DNA from: an uncultured Candidatus Saccharibacteria bacterium
GTDB taxonomy: Bacteria > Patescibacteriota > Minisyncoccia > Phycocordibacterales > CAIZLB01
Length of the DNA stretch: 64,000 nucleotides
NCBI GenBank assembly: GCA_964450605.1
Contig: CAYVEK010000001.1
Span: 72,430 to 136,429, forward strand
Direction of reading: 5' to 3'
Positions 1 through 10,227 of this stretch are shown in pieces. The translations under genes and the position numbers were made by a program. Every line of letters starts with the position of its first letter. Position 1 is the stretch's first letter. The notes beneath the pieces are model-generated. The model was not told the DNA's origin and did not search any database. It saw only the letters and a list, made by a program, of their open reading frames with translations.

Positions 1-84
1 GGCTCAACATTTACATTTGTGTATGCACAACTACTAGTTTCTCCTCAAAAATTATACAAAGTTAAGGTTCTAGGTCAAAAGTAA
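1..84 (+). CDS. 3' end of a gene running in from the window edge, possibly rod shape-determining protein MreC
   Basis: Open frame 1 (GSTFTFVYAQLLVSPQKLYKVKVLGQK) ending TAA at 82-84, directly upstream of PBP2; identity inferred from synteny only. Confidence 0.35.
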   Translation, partial: GSTFTFVYAQLLVSPQKLYKVKVLGQK

Positions 85-97
85 AATCTTTGTTGAA

Positions 98-1822
98 ATG
101 AAACTATTTAAAAGTTCCAAAAAGAAATATGTAGAAATTTTGCCGGAAGATGTATTGATAGATGCTGCAAACCTGCCATCATTTGATACAAGTCAGTTGG
201 AGGGTCGTGTAACAGGTCATATTGATTCTCGGTTTTTTACATTTTTAAGTGCACTAGGAATATTGGTTATAACTTTTTTTGGATATTCTGCTTTTGATTT
301 ACAAATAAAAAACGGATCTTTTTATTCACAAAAAGCTGAAAATAATCGCTTTGAGTATATACCGTTATTTGCTGAACGAGGATCTATTTATGATCGAAAT
401 GGAAAAGCGCTCGCTTGGAATGAAAACAGTGCAACTTCAACAAATGATTTTGCTCAAAGAAAATATGTCAAAGATGTTCCGCTTGGTAGTTTGCTTGGAT
501 ATGTTAAATATCCTAAAAAAGATAAAAAGAACGGCATATATATTACAGATGCACTTACACCAACAGGTGGTCTAGAAGAATATTTTAATGACATCTTACA
601 AGGAAAAGAAGGTTCCTTGTATATAGAAACTGATGCGGTTGGAAATGTTGTATCTGAAACAACTGCTGATGCTCCACAAAAAGGGGCAAACCTAAAACTA
701 ACAATAGATCTTGATATGCAAAAAGCATTGTATCAAAGTATTCACAATGCCTCTGTTGAAAGCGGATATGTTGGAGGTGTTGCATTGATAGCTGATGTAC
801 GTGACGGCTCTCTTGTATCAGCAGTGACGTTTCCTGATTTTGATTCAAACGTCATGACTGATGGAACAGATCATGAACTTATTCAAAAATATCTGACTGA
901 TAAAAAAAGTTATTTTTTAAATCGATATACTGATGGTTTGTATGCTCCTGGTTCTATAGTAAAACCAATGTTTGCTCTTGCAGCGCTTCATGAAGGAATA
1001 GTTACATCTGAAGAAAAGATATTGAGTACAGGACAGTTGAGTGTCCCAAATCCATATCAACCAGGCAAATTTACTATCTTTAAAGACTGGAAAGCTCATG
1101 GGTATACAGATGTAAGAGAAGCTATCGCGGTATCTTCTGATGTGTATTTCTACACTGTTGCTGGAGGTGTTCCAGGTAAAAAAGGCTTGGGTATAACAAA
1201 ACTGACTGAATATTCAAATCAGTTTGGATTAGCTGATACATTTTCAGGAACTTTCTTTGAATCAAAGAAATCTGTTATACCAACTCCAGAGTGGAAGAAA
1301 AAAACATTTAATGGTGAAGACTGGAGACTCGGAGATACATACAACTCTTCTATCGGCCAGTATGGTTTTTCTATAACACCGATTCAGGCCCTGAGTATGT
1401 TAATGAAGATGATACGCGCAGATGAGGGATATGATACTGTGCCTATGTTTAAATTAAAACAAGATGATCCTGTCGAGCTTATAAAACTTCCGGAAGTTGT
1501 TACTAAGATTTCTAAAAATAATTATATAGATATCATGGAAGGTATGCGTATGACTGTTACGACAGGTACTGCGCAAGTTCTAAATTTTTCAGAAATGAAA
1601 ATAGCCGGAAAAACAGGTACTGCCCAACTTGGTGCGTATAATCAATATATAAACTCATGGTTTGTTGGTGTGTGGCCGTATACTGAGCCTCGATATGTGA
1701 TAGTCTATTTACTCGAAAAAGGTGATTCAAAAAACTCAAAAAGTGCGTCCTTGTATTTATCTGAAGCGATAAGGACTTGTCTTGCGTACAGTTGCGATTT
1801 TGATAATAAACCACTAGAGTAA
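98..1822 (+). CDS. mrdA: Penicillin-binding protein 2 (class B transpeptidase)
   Basis: N-terminal TM, dimerisation motif RGSIYDRNG, SxxK (GSIVK), SSD and KTGTAQ motifs. Confidence 0.9.
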   Translation: MKLFKSSKKKYVEILPEDVLIDAANLPSFDTSQLEGRVTGHIDSRFFTFLSALGILVITFFGYSAFDLQIKNGSFYSQKAENNRFEYIPLFAERGSIYDRNGKALAWNENSATSTNDFAQRKYVKDVPLGSLLGYVKYPKKDKKNGIYITDALTPTGGLEEYFNDILQGKEGSLYIETDAVGNVVSETTADAPQKGANLKLTIDLDMQKALYQSIHNASVESGYVGGVALIADVRDGSLVSAVTFPDFDSNVMTDGTDHELIQKYLTDKKSYFLNRYTDGLYAPGSIVKPMFALAALHEGIVTSEEKILSTGQLSVPNPYQPGKFTIFKDWKAHGYTDVREAIAVSSDVYFYTVAGGVPGKKGLGITKLTEYSNQFGLADTFSGTFFESKKSVIPTPEWKKKTFNGEDWRLGDTYNSSIGQYGFSITPIQALSMLMKMIRADEGYDTVPMFKLKQDDPVELIKLPEVVTKISKNNYIDIMEGMRMTVTTGTAQVLNFSEMKIAGKTGTAQLGAYNQYINSWFVGVWPYTEPRYVIVYLLEKGDSKNSKSASLYLSEAIRTCLAYSCDFDNKPLE

Positions 1823-1826
1823 ATAT

Positions 1827-3095
1827 ATGAATATAGAAGATTTTAAAAAAATAGATTTACCTGAAACACCAGGGGTGTATTTTTTTAAACATGGACGAGA
1901 GATCCTGTACATAGGAAAGGCGACATCTCTAAAAGATAGAGTTCGAAGTTATTTTACCCCTGATTTAATCAAGACAAGAGGGTTGCTGTTGGTTGATATG
2001 GTGACCAAGGCTTCAACCATCACGTATGAACAAACAGATTCTGTACTTGAGGCCTTGCTCAAGGAGTCGGCTCTTATAAAAAAACATCAGCCATATTACA
2101 ACACCAAAGAAAAAGATAATAAGAGTTATTATTTCGTTGCGATTACAAACGAAGAATATCCTGCAGTCACCCTGATACGAGGACGTGAATTGGAAAAAAA
2201 GATTGAGTCAGATCCACGTGCGTATATTCAAACTTTCGGTCCATTTGTTTCAGGTTCACAACTTAAAGAGGCTATGGCAATCGTTCGGAAGATATTTCCA
2301 TATCGAGATTTATCATGCAGACCCGCACAAGGTAAACCGTGCTTCAATGCAAGTATTGGTCTATGCCCCGGGGTATGTACAGGTAAGATAACAGCAGCAG
2401 AGTATAAAAAACAACTTAAAACTTTCTACACGTTCATGAACGGTGATGTTAAAAAAGTTCAGAAAGAAATAGAGAAGAAAATGTTTTTAGCGAGCAAGAA
2501 ACAGCATTTTGAAGAAGCTTCGCAGTATAAAAAGAAATTGTATGCATTGGGACATATCCAAGACATAGCACTGTTGAAAAAGGATGATCTCGGATCAAAT
2601 CTTACAAACTCGGTTCGGATCGAGTCATATGATGTCGCACATATGTCTGGAAAAAGTATGGTTGGAGTTATGGTGGTTATGGATGGGGATGGTTTTCGAA
2701 AGGATCAATATAGAATGTTTAATATAAAAAGTGTACAGCAAGCAAATGACCCTGCTGCACTCCGAGAAGTTTTGGAGCGTAGGTTTGAACATGATGAATG
2801 GGGCTTTCCTCGAGTGATAGTGGTTGACGGAAATGAAGTTCAGCAACGAGTCGTGTATGATGTTATTCAAAAACGTTTTGGTCACATGTCTAAGAAAGAT
2901 CTTCCGTACATAGTATCAGTTGTAAAAGATGAAAAGCACAAAGCTCGAGCTGTCCTCACACATTCTCCATCTGACACAGAAGGTTTAGAAAAGTTGAATA
3001 TAAAAAAAGAAGATATCATATCACTTAACGCCGAAACTCATCGATTTGCCATACAGACATTTAGAAAAAAACAAAGAAAGGATGTATACTTATAG
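1827..3095 (+). CDS. uvrC: Excinuclease ABC subunit C (short form without C-terminal HhH domain)
   Basis: GIY-YIG N-terminus (PGVYFFK..LYIGKA), Cys cluster, UVR domain, RNase H-like domain (RIESYDVAH, VVDG). Confidence 0.9.
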   Translation: MNIEDFKKIDLPETPGVYFFKHGREILYIGKATSLKDRVRSYFTPDLIKTRGLLLVDMVTKASTITYEQTDSVLEALLKESALIKKHQPYYNTKEKDNKSYYFVAITNEEYPAVTLIRGRELEKKIESDPRAYIQTFGPFVSGSQLKEAMAIVRKIFPYRDLSCRPAQGKPCFNASIGLCPGVCTGKITAAEYKKQLKTFYTFMNGDVKKVQKEIEKKMFLASKKQHFEEASQYKKKLYALGHIQDIALLKKDDLGSNLTNSVRIESYDVAHMSGKSMVGVMVVMDGDGFRKDQYRMFNIKSVQQANDPAALREVLERRFEHDEWGFPRVIVVDGNEVQQRVVYDVIQKRFGHMSKKDLPYIVSVVKDEKHKARAVLTHSPSDTEGLEKLNIKKEDIISLNAETHRFAIQTFRKKQRKDVYL

Positions 3096-3098
3096 TAC

Positions 3099-4082
3099 AT
3101 GCCAAGAATTTTGAGTATTAAAAAAGCATTTGTTGAAGATGAAGGTATTCGTTTTGCAATACTAGATGATATGGCTCTGCTTGAGCGTTTTTTAACTGAA
3201 GTGTATGCAGGAACTGTTGTTGATTTTGATACCTGTGGTGTTTCGACTGATAAAGAGTGGTTGATAAAAGGTCGTCCTATACACCCAGAAACAACTATTG
3301 GAGATTACGACAGTGTGTTTGTTTTTATACATTCAAATGATTCTGATTTTGACTATGTAAAACATATTTTGAAAACAACTCGTGCAAAAGTTGTATATAT
3401 GTACGATTATGCAGATACGCTATTTCACCATGCTGAGAGACTTGAATCATTGATGCGTACGCACAGATCTTTAGTATATCCGGTCAAGTTTCCTCATCAA
3501 AAACATGTTGACCTTACGTCATACAACGACACATTTAAATCAGTAGAAGATATAGTAAGAGATTATTATAGAAGTTTGTTTTTGCCGATAGAAGTTGTTG
3601 ATACAGATCACAAAAAACATCCACAACAACTTGATATCGCAGTGCTAGAGAATCCTACAGCATTTGCAGAAGAGATACATAAAAAAAGACATATATCCGA
3701 CAAGCTTACGTTTAGAGAACATATATCGCCTGTACATGTCTGGGTTGTTGTTATTCCTAATTTTAGAAATGAAAGACTATATACAACTATCGCTCTTACT
3801 AGAAAAAAAGTCGGTGACCTGTATCTATGGGATGTGTTTCGTACAACAGATGCTGTGCGCAATGATATAAAACAAACAGTCAGCGCTGTATCAACGGTCG
3901 CGTTCGGTCATAAGTCTGTAGTCTATACACTTGCCATACATCACAAAAGAGGGGTGTTTGTAAAATCAACCAATGATTTATTATTTTTTGCAATACATCA
4001 TCCAGACTTTTTCTTTGATTTGGCAAAAGAAAACGGCATTGCGCCACTAGAATTATTTGAAACCCTGCGATACAATCCATAA
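3099..4082 (+). CDS. Hypothetical protein resembling a degenerate D-alanine-D-alanine ligase / ATP-grasp fold
   Basis: Segments DYDSVFVFIH, VIPNFRNERLY and KRGVFVKSTN echo Ddl motifs but catalytic residues appear lost; own -10 TATACT at 3085-3090. Confidence 0.5.
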   Translation: MPRILSIKKAFVEDEGIRFAILDDMALLERFLTEVYAGTVVDFDTCGVSTDKEWLIKGRPIHPETTIGDYDSVFVFIHSNDSDFDYVKHILKTTRAKVVYMYDYADTLFHHAERLESLMRTHRSLVYPVKFPHQKHVDLTSYNDTFKSVEDIVRDYYRSLFLPIEVVDTDHKKHPQQLDIAVLENPTAFAEEIHKKRHISDKLTFREHISPVHVWVVVIPNFRNERLYTTIALTRKKVGDLYLWDVFRTTDAVRNDIKQTVSAVSTVAFGHKSVVYTLAIHHKRGVFVKSTNDLLFFAIHHPDFFFDLAKENGIAPLELFETLRYNP

Positions 4083-4083
4083 C

Positions 4084-5313
4084 ATGGAAATACACACACC
4101 AAAACCAAAAAAACCGATTCTACAACGTGTCGGTATTGTAGTTATTATATTTGCACTAGGATTTATTGCTGGAAATTTTCAGACTGTCATAGCCGCAAAA
4201 CTAGATTCTAAGGTAGGTATAACTACTTTTTGGAAAGTGTGGAATATTCTTGATAAGGAATTCGTTGAAACTGTACACAAACCTACTGAAGGACTTGATA
4301 ATACATATCAAGGACTTTCAAAACAAGATAGGCGTATATATGGTGCTATAAAAGGTATGGTTGATTCTGAAAAGGATCCATATACAACTTTCTTTACACC
4401 AAAAGAAGCAGATTCTTTTGAAACAGAGATAAAGGGTAGTTTTAGTGGTGTGGGTATGGAGGTTGGTAAAAAGGATGGTGTTTTAACTGTGATTGCTCCT
4501 ATTGCTGATACACCTGCTTTTCGTGCAGGTATAAAAACTGGTGACAAGATTATCAAGATCAATGAAATAACAACCACAGATATGTCTGTAGATGCTGCTA
4601 TAGCACTTATTCGTGGAGAAAAAGGAACAACTGTTAAAATCACTATGTTCCGAGAAGGGGTTGATAAACCACTAGAATTTTCACTTGTTCGAGATGTTAT
4701 AAAGCTTCCAACACTTGATAAGTCGTATGACACTAAAACAGGTGTGTATACAATAAAGCTGTATTCATTCTCAGAACAGTCAGCCCAGCTCTTTAGAGAA
4801 GCTATTGTTGATTTTGATAAGACAAAAGCTAAAAAGCTGATCATCGACCTTAGAGGAAACCCAGGAGGGTATCTAGATGCTGCACTTGATATGGCAAGTT
4901 GGTTTATACCAGCTGGTAAGGTTGTAGTGGTTCAGGATTACGGATCAAAGAGTCCTCAGGAGCAGATGAGAAGTTATGGACATGGTCCTGTGCCTGCTGA
5001 TGTGAAGATAGCTGTGCTTGTAGACGGAGGATCAGCTTCTGCTTCAGAGATCTTGGCCGGTGCACTCCAGGATTATGGTAGAGCAACATTGATTGGTCAA
5101 AAGACGTTCGGAAAAGGCTCTGTTCAGGAGTATCTCAAGATCACAGATGATACAGGTCTTAAGGTTACTATTGCTCGCTGGCTTACACCTAAGGGCAAAT
5201 CTATCTCTGTTTCAGGTCTGACACCTGATATTGAGGTAAAGCCGACAGAGGACCAGCTAAAGGATAAGAAGGATGTTGTATTGGAGAAGGCAGTTGAAAT
5301 ATTGTCAAAATAA
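4084..5313 (+). CDS. ctpA: Carboxyl-terminal processing protease (S41A) with PDZ domain
   Basis: DPYT, PDZ, DLRGNPGG, SASASEI, TFGKGSVQ; start moved to ATG 4084, 7 nt after TACAAT (4071-4076). Confidence 0.92.
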   Translation: MEIHTPKPKKPILQRVGIVVIIFALGFIAGNFQTVIAAKLDSKVGITTFWKVWNILDKEFVETVHKPTEGLDNTYQGLSKQDRRIYGAIKGMVDSEKDPYTTFFTPKEADSFETEIKGSFSGVGMEVGKKDGVLTVIAPIADTPAFRAGIKTGDKIIKINEITTTDMSVDAAIALIRGEKGTTVKITMFREGVDKPLEFSLVRDVIKLPTLDKSYDTKTGVYTIKLYSFSEQSAQLFREAIVDFDKTKAKKLIIDLRGNPGGYLDAALDMASWFIPAGKVVVVQDYGSKSPQEQMRSYGHGPVPADVKIAVLVDGGSASASEILAGALQDYGRATLIGQKTFGKGSVQEYLKITDDTGLKVTIARWLTPKGKSISVSGLTPDIEVKPTEDQLKDKKDVVLEKAVEILSK

Positions 5314-5329
5314 TGTAATATAGGAATCT

Positions 5330-5779
5330 ATGAAAATCGTTTTACTTAAAGACCTACATAAAGTAGGCCGAAAATATGATGTAGTAGAGGTAGCTGACGG
5401 CTTTGCCTTGAACAGTCTTATCCCAGCCAAGGCTGCTGAAGTAGCAACACCTTCAAACATCAGTAAATACAGTAAACTTAAAGATGTAGAGACAGCTTCT
5501 CGAAAAGCTATTGAAGAAGAGGTTGTAGCTAAGCTAGACAAGCTTGTTTCTGCAACATTTACTATACAAGCTAAGGCAAATGAACAAGGTCATCTTTTTG
5601 CAGCTGTACACAAAGAAGAGATCATTAATGCTGTTAAAGATCAGGCAGGTGTAAATCTTGATCCTGAGTACATTGCTCTAGAGGGTGCTCTAAAACAAGT
5701 TGGAACTTTTGAGGTTCCTCTAAAAGTTCGAGATCTTGTAAAAGCTCTTACTATTGAGATCGTTGCCCTTGCAGAATAA
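5330..5779 (+). CDS. rplI: 50S ribosomal protein L9
   Basis: MKIVLLKD..VG..VVEVADGFALNSLIP and C-terminal GHLFAAV motifs. Confidence 0.95.
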   Translation: MKIVLLKDLHKVGRKYDVVEVADGFALNSLIPAKAAEVATPSNISKYSKLKDVETASRKAIEEEVVAKLDKLVSATFTIQAKANEQGHLFAAVHKEEIINAVKDQAGVNLDPEYIALEGALKQVGTFEVPLKVRDLVKALTIEIVALAE

Positions 5780-5800
5780 TGCCAGATAGATAGCGCTCGA

Positions 5801-5834
5801 CAAAAAACCAAACTGTCAAAGTTTGGTTTTTTTG
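5801..5834 (+). terminator. Intrinsic terminator after rplI
   Basis: CAAAAAACCAAACT-gtcaa-AGTTTGGTTTTTTTG inverted repeat with T tract. Confidence 0.75.
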
Positions 5835-5856
5835 TATTTCCGTGTAAAATCAGCGT

Positions 5857-6408
5857 ATGAATTACAATTTCAGTGAATTTAATACTAAAGCAAAATCTGT
5901 AGAAACTTGGCTTCAGAATGAATATACAAATATACGAACAGGGCGTTCAAGTGCTGCTTTTCTCGATCAGGTTCGGGTTGAAGCCTATGGTGAGATGGTG
6001 CCTATATCAAACGTCGCATCTATCGGCATAGAAGATGCTAAGACATTGCGAGTCAATCCATGGGACAACTCATTGATCCGAGCTATAGAAAAATCTATAG
6101 TAGTTGCCGACCTAGGCGTTTCTGTTGCTGTAGATGATAAAGGGATACGGGTCATATTTCCAGATCTCACAGGTGAAAGGCGAGAACAGTTGGTAAAACA
6201 AGCAAAAGCAAAACTTGAAGATGCAAAGGTTGCATTAAGACAAGAGCGTGCGCGAGTGATAGATGATATGGGTGAAAAGAAGAAAGCTGGTGATATGAGC
6301 GAAGATGATGTTGCTCGAGGTAAAAAAGATGTTGAGACACATATGAATACCGCAACTACAGCTGTCGAAGCGCTATTTTCAAAAAAAGAAAAAGAGATAC
6401 TTGGTTAA
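5857..6408 (+). CDS. frr: Ribosome recycling factor
   Basis: IRTGR, VEAYG and PDLTGERR motifs. Confidence 0.95.
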   Translation: MNYNFSEFNTKAKSVETWLQNEYTNIRTGRSSAAFLDQVRVEAYGEMVPISNVASIGIEDAKTLRVNPWDNSLIRAIEKSIVVADLGVSVAVDDKGIRVIFPDLTGERREQLVKQAKAKLEDAKVALRQERARVIDDMGEKKKAGDMSEDDVARGKKDVETHMNTATTAVEALFSKKEKEILG

Positions 6409-6435
6409 TTAAAAAAAATAATACATTAAAATTAC

Positions 6436-7491
6436 ATGGTAACAACCATCATCTTTCTTATAGTTCTATCAATACTTGTATTTATACATGAGTTAGGACA
6501 TTTTCTATTTGCAAAACTATTTAAAGTAAGAGTTGATGAGTTTGCTATAGGTTTTCCACCAAAGATATTTTCTTTTAAAAAAGGAGAAACCACGTATGCA
6601 TTAAACATGGTGCCTCTTGGTGGATATGTAAAGATACATGGTGAAAATCCTGATGATGTTGTTGATCCTCAAGATAGTAGAAATTTTCAAAACATATCAT
6701 GGTGGAAGCAGGTTATTGTACTTGTGGCCGGAGTTACTTTTAACGTGATCTTCGCCTGGATACTTCTTAGTATGTCTTTGATGATTGGTACTTCAAAAGC
6801 TGCTGTTGAAGGTGTACCGACACAATACGTTAAAGGTGATACGAAAGTCTTTATACAGCAAGTTATACCTGAAAGTCCTGCAGAAAAAGCGGGTATAAAA
6901 CCAGGTGATGTTATTTTGTCTGTTGATGCGGTGACGGTAACTGCGTCTGTTGAAGTTCAATCTCTTATAAAAGAAGCGGAAAAGACAGCGACTGTGGTTG
7001 TTGAAAGAGGTGGAGCAACATCAAGTCATGTTGTTACATTTGAAAAAGAAAATATGATGGGTGTAAATCTGGCTGAGGTTGGACTTGTGCAGATGCCACT
7101 ATTTCCTGCGTTGAAACATGGATTTCTTGGAACTATATATTTAACAGAAGAGATAGGAAAAGGAGTGACTTCATTTTTTAGTAAAGTGTTTGTAGGAGGT
7201 GCATCTTGGGATCAGGTGTCTGGTCCGGTAGGTATTGCTAAAAGTGTTGGAGAGGCGAGTCGAGATGGTTTTTCTGCACTACTCTTTATTAGTGTGCTGA
7301 TTTCTATATCTCTTGCCATCATGAACATTCTTCCATTTCCAGCACTTGATGGAGGACGTATAGTTATTGCTCTTATAGAAGGTGTGATTCGAAAGAAGAT
7401 AAAACCAAGTATAGTGAACACTATAAACTCTATCGGCTTCATTGTTCTTATTGGTTTGATGTTAGTTGTTACATTCAAAGATATTTTCTAG
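6436..7491 (+). CDS. rseP: RIP metalloprotease RseP (M50, PDZ)
   Basis: HELGH, PLGGYVKI, PDZ, NILPFPALDGG. Confidence 0.93.
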   Translation: MVTTIIFLIVLSILVFIHELGHFLFAKLFKVRVDEFAIGFPPKIFSFKKGETTYALNMVPLGGYVKIHGENPDDVVDPQDSRNFQNISWWKQVIVLVAGVTFNVIFAWILLSMSLMIGTSKAAVEGVPTQYVKGDTKVFIQQVIPESPAEKAGIKPGDVILSVDAVTVTASVEVQSLIKEAEKTATVVVERGGATSSHVVTFEKENMMGVNLAEVGLVQMPLFPALKHGFLGTIYLTEEIGKGVTSFFSKVFVGGASWDQVSGPVGIAKSVGEASRDGFSALLFISVLISISLAIMNILPFPALDGGRIVIALIEGVIRKKIKPSIVNTINSIGFIVLIGLMLVVTFKDIF

Positions 7492-7504
7492 TATAATTTA
7501 GTCT

Positions 7505-10186
7505 ATGAAAAGACTAATTAATTTTATTTGCATTTTTGTACTTTCTTTTATTTTTACTTCTTCAGTACAAGCTGCTACGTATCACCCAAAAAGCATATCG
7601 TTCACAGCACCATCTACCGCATACAACGGTGGGGCAAGTGAGCCTGCTCAGATATTTTTAAAAACAAAAGAAACAGGAATACCTGCTAATACTTTTATAT
7701 ACGATATCGGTGTTGCAAAGGAGATACACTCAGGAAGTGTAGTTGAGTATCAAATACTAGGATCAGATCGTGTTACGTACGAGGCTCTTGAAAAGGATGC
7801 TTTTAAATATTCAGTAAAGATACCAAACCTTCTAGAAAAGAGTGAAGACACGTTCGTGGTATTTATAAAATCATATCGAGAAAATGATCCAGATTCAGAA
7901 TCGTTTGTTGTCTCAAAGTCTTTTAACATAAATCCAACAAATAAAAAAACAGTAACTCTTGATAGAGGTTTTATAGTCACATCAACAGGTGAGGCGTTTG
8001 GTCTATCTGTTGGTCCTACATTGTACGCTAAGGCTCAAAAATCCACACATGCAACTTCAGCAGAGATAGCGTTGCAGATGACCTCAAATTCTAAAGTTGA
8101 ATTGAAAGGAACAATGACATTTAAAAAGTTACGATCAAATGATTTTTCAGAAACAAAAGATGTTTCTCTAACAGTCTTCGATGGACAGGACATATATCCT
8201 CTAGAACTTCCTACATTTAACTATGAACCAGGTGTATACATGGGAGAGCTCAATCTCGGAGCTGAAGGTGTGCAGACTCCTCAGAAAATAAGCTTTCAGT
8301 ATATAATAGACGGTCCTATGGTATCTGCTGGCCAGATGTATTTTGTATCAGCAACAAGTACTGGTGTGTTGTTTAATATGCCAGTGTTTGGTCGGCCGGT
8401 TGATCTATATACAAATGGTAATGGCACAAGTACAGATGATGTAAAAGAAGTGTATAAAACTACACTGGTATTTATGGATAAAGAAGGTATGATTCTTCGA
8501 GAATATACAACTGAATTGGATTATAAAAAAGGTGTACGACAGATACTTGTACCAGATTTGAATTGGAAAAAAGTAAAAAGTGTAGCTATAAAAGTAGTTG
8601 ATGAAAATGATAAAACTATCTTTACAACAACTCAAAACCTTTCACTTCCTGTACCAGAAAGAGATATAACTCACCTTATCTATGCATTGTCTATTCTGCT
8701 ATTGGGTGCAAGTTGGTTTATGGTATCACGAAAAAAAGGAGTTATTGTTTGGACAACCATTTTCTTTGCATTGTTTGTTTCAGCATATGCTTTTGCGGCA
8801 TGGGCTCCGACTGATGCATCAGGTAATATTCTGAACGTAAACAATGATCCTTCGAAATACAAAACATATTTTACATTCAATGAAGATTTTACAACTGAAC
8901 CTATAAGTTGTGTTGAAGATACTGATGTGTTTCTAAAAATGGTATTTCTTGAGTGTCAAAACCGTGTCCGTGAATCTGCAAACTTCGGAGTATCTCGAGT
9001 TAGTATGCAAGACGCTCGAAACAGATACGCGTCGCTATCATATAATATTGCCTCAAGTACATGTAACGGCGGTGATAAAATCATTAGATGGAAAGGTCGA
9101 GAAATTGTAATTCCTTGCGGAAGTAGTGGACATGACAACTTCTTGTTTACAACTGATTTTATAAAAATAGCTACACTTCGAGGTCCTATACCAGCAAATT
9201 CAAAACTATATATATCTGTGGATGGTACAAAAGGTTTAAATGCAGAATATGCAATGCCTTTGGCACAATCATCATGTGATCGATGTTCAAACGTTGCAGG
9301 AGAGCAGATTGCAAAAGCATTTTCAGCCTACGGACGAGACTATTTCCATTCAACTGCCGACAACAAGCTGTACTTCGCGGCAACATCAGCTCTTGGTGCA
9401 AGTGTGTGTGCAGTAGATATGTGTGCCGACACTGAGGCACAAGAAGAATCTATGCCTGAAGGAAAAGTTTGGAATACAAATGGAACTTCTGGATATGAAA
9501 AATATTCATGTATAGAGCAGACTACTCAAACATGTACTTGTTCAGGGCGAACACAGGTATGTACAGAAAATGGAAATCAAACACAAACACCAAATGCATC
9601 ACAGTGTGCACTACAGGCATCTTGTACATTTGCAAAATCTGGCAACCAAGCAACATTCACATTCACTCCTCTAAGAGCTCTTGGAAACATAACATATTCT
9701 GGAGAAAACCCTGTAACCCGAACAATACCTACAAATGGTTCAGTAACAGAAACTATGAGTATTACGGATTCATTTGATGGCATGACAGCAAGTGCAAGTT
9801 GTACAGCATCGTTTAATGACCAAGATACAACAAATAATAACAATAACGGAAATCCTGACGGCGGTGATTGTGATCCTGCCGTAACAACCTGTACAGACAA
9901 TAACGGAACAGGTGGAAATCCAAGTTTGCCTCCGGTAATAAGTAAGTTCACTGCTACAAAGTTTGTCGAGCAAGGTCAGAGTTGCGTCTTTGCGTGGGAA
10001 GTGCAAAATGCTGCTTCATGTACACTCGGTGGTCAATCTGTAAATCCAAATGCAAGTAAAAGTTTCCCTACAACCGATGGTAAGAATATAACTAAGACTC
10101 TTTCATGTACAAACGGTGGAGACACTCCACAGGTCGTAAATCGTACCGCAACATGTGCTGTTAACCCAACAGTAAAACAAAACTAA
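7505..10186 (+). CDS. Large surface protein: signal peptide, beta-rich domain, two central TM helices, Cys-rich C-terminal half
   Basis: 893-aa ORF; hydrophobic N-terminus, hydrophobic pair near aa 390-432, many Cys and Thr/Asn-rich segments after it. Confidence 0.75.
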   Translation: MKRLINFICIFVLSFIFTSSVQAATYHPKSISFTAPSTAYNGGASEPAQIFLKTKETGIPANTFIYDIGVAKEIHSGSVVEYQILGSDRVTYEALEKDAFKYSVKIPNLLEKSEDTFVVFIKSYRENDPDSESFVVSKSFNINPTNKKTVTLDRGFIVTSTGEAFGLSVGPTLYAKAQKSTHATSAEIALQMTSNSKVELKGTMTFKKLRSNDFSETKDVSLTVFDGQDIYPLELPTFNYEPGVYMGELNLGAEGVQTPQKISFQYIIDGPMVSAGQMYFVSATSTGVLFNMPVFGRPVDLYTNGNGTSTDDVKEVYKTTLVFMDKEGMILREYTTELDYKKGVRQILVPDLNWKKVKSVAIKVVDENDKTIFTTTQNLSLPVPERDITHLIYALSILLLGASWFMVSRKKGVIVWTTIFFALFVSAYAFAAWAPTDASGNILNVNNDPSKYKTYFTFNEDFTTEPISCVEDTDVFLKMVFLECQNRVRESANFGVSRVSMQDARNRYASLSYNIASSTCNGGDKIIRWKGREIVIPCGSSGHDNFLFTTDFIKIATLRGPIPANSKLYISVDGTKGLNAEYAMPLAQSSCDRCSNVAGEQIAKAFSAYGRDYFHSTADNKLYFAATSALGASVCAVDMCADTEAQEESMPEGKVWNTNGTSGYEKYSCIEQTTQTCTCSGRTQVCTENGNQTQTPNASQCALQASCTFAKSGNQATFTFTPLRALGNITYSGENPVTRTIPTNGSVTETMSITDSFDGMTASASCTASFNDQDTTNNNNNGNPDGGDCDPAVTTCTDNNGTGGNPSLPPVISKFTATKFVEQGQSCVFAWEVQNAASCTLGGQSVNPNASKSFPTTDGKNITKTLSCTNGGDTPQVVNRTATCAVNPTVKQN

Positions 10187-10227
10187 GATAGTTGAGGTTT
10201 ATCCGTATATATACTAGTATAGGCTGT

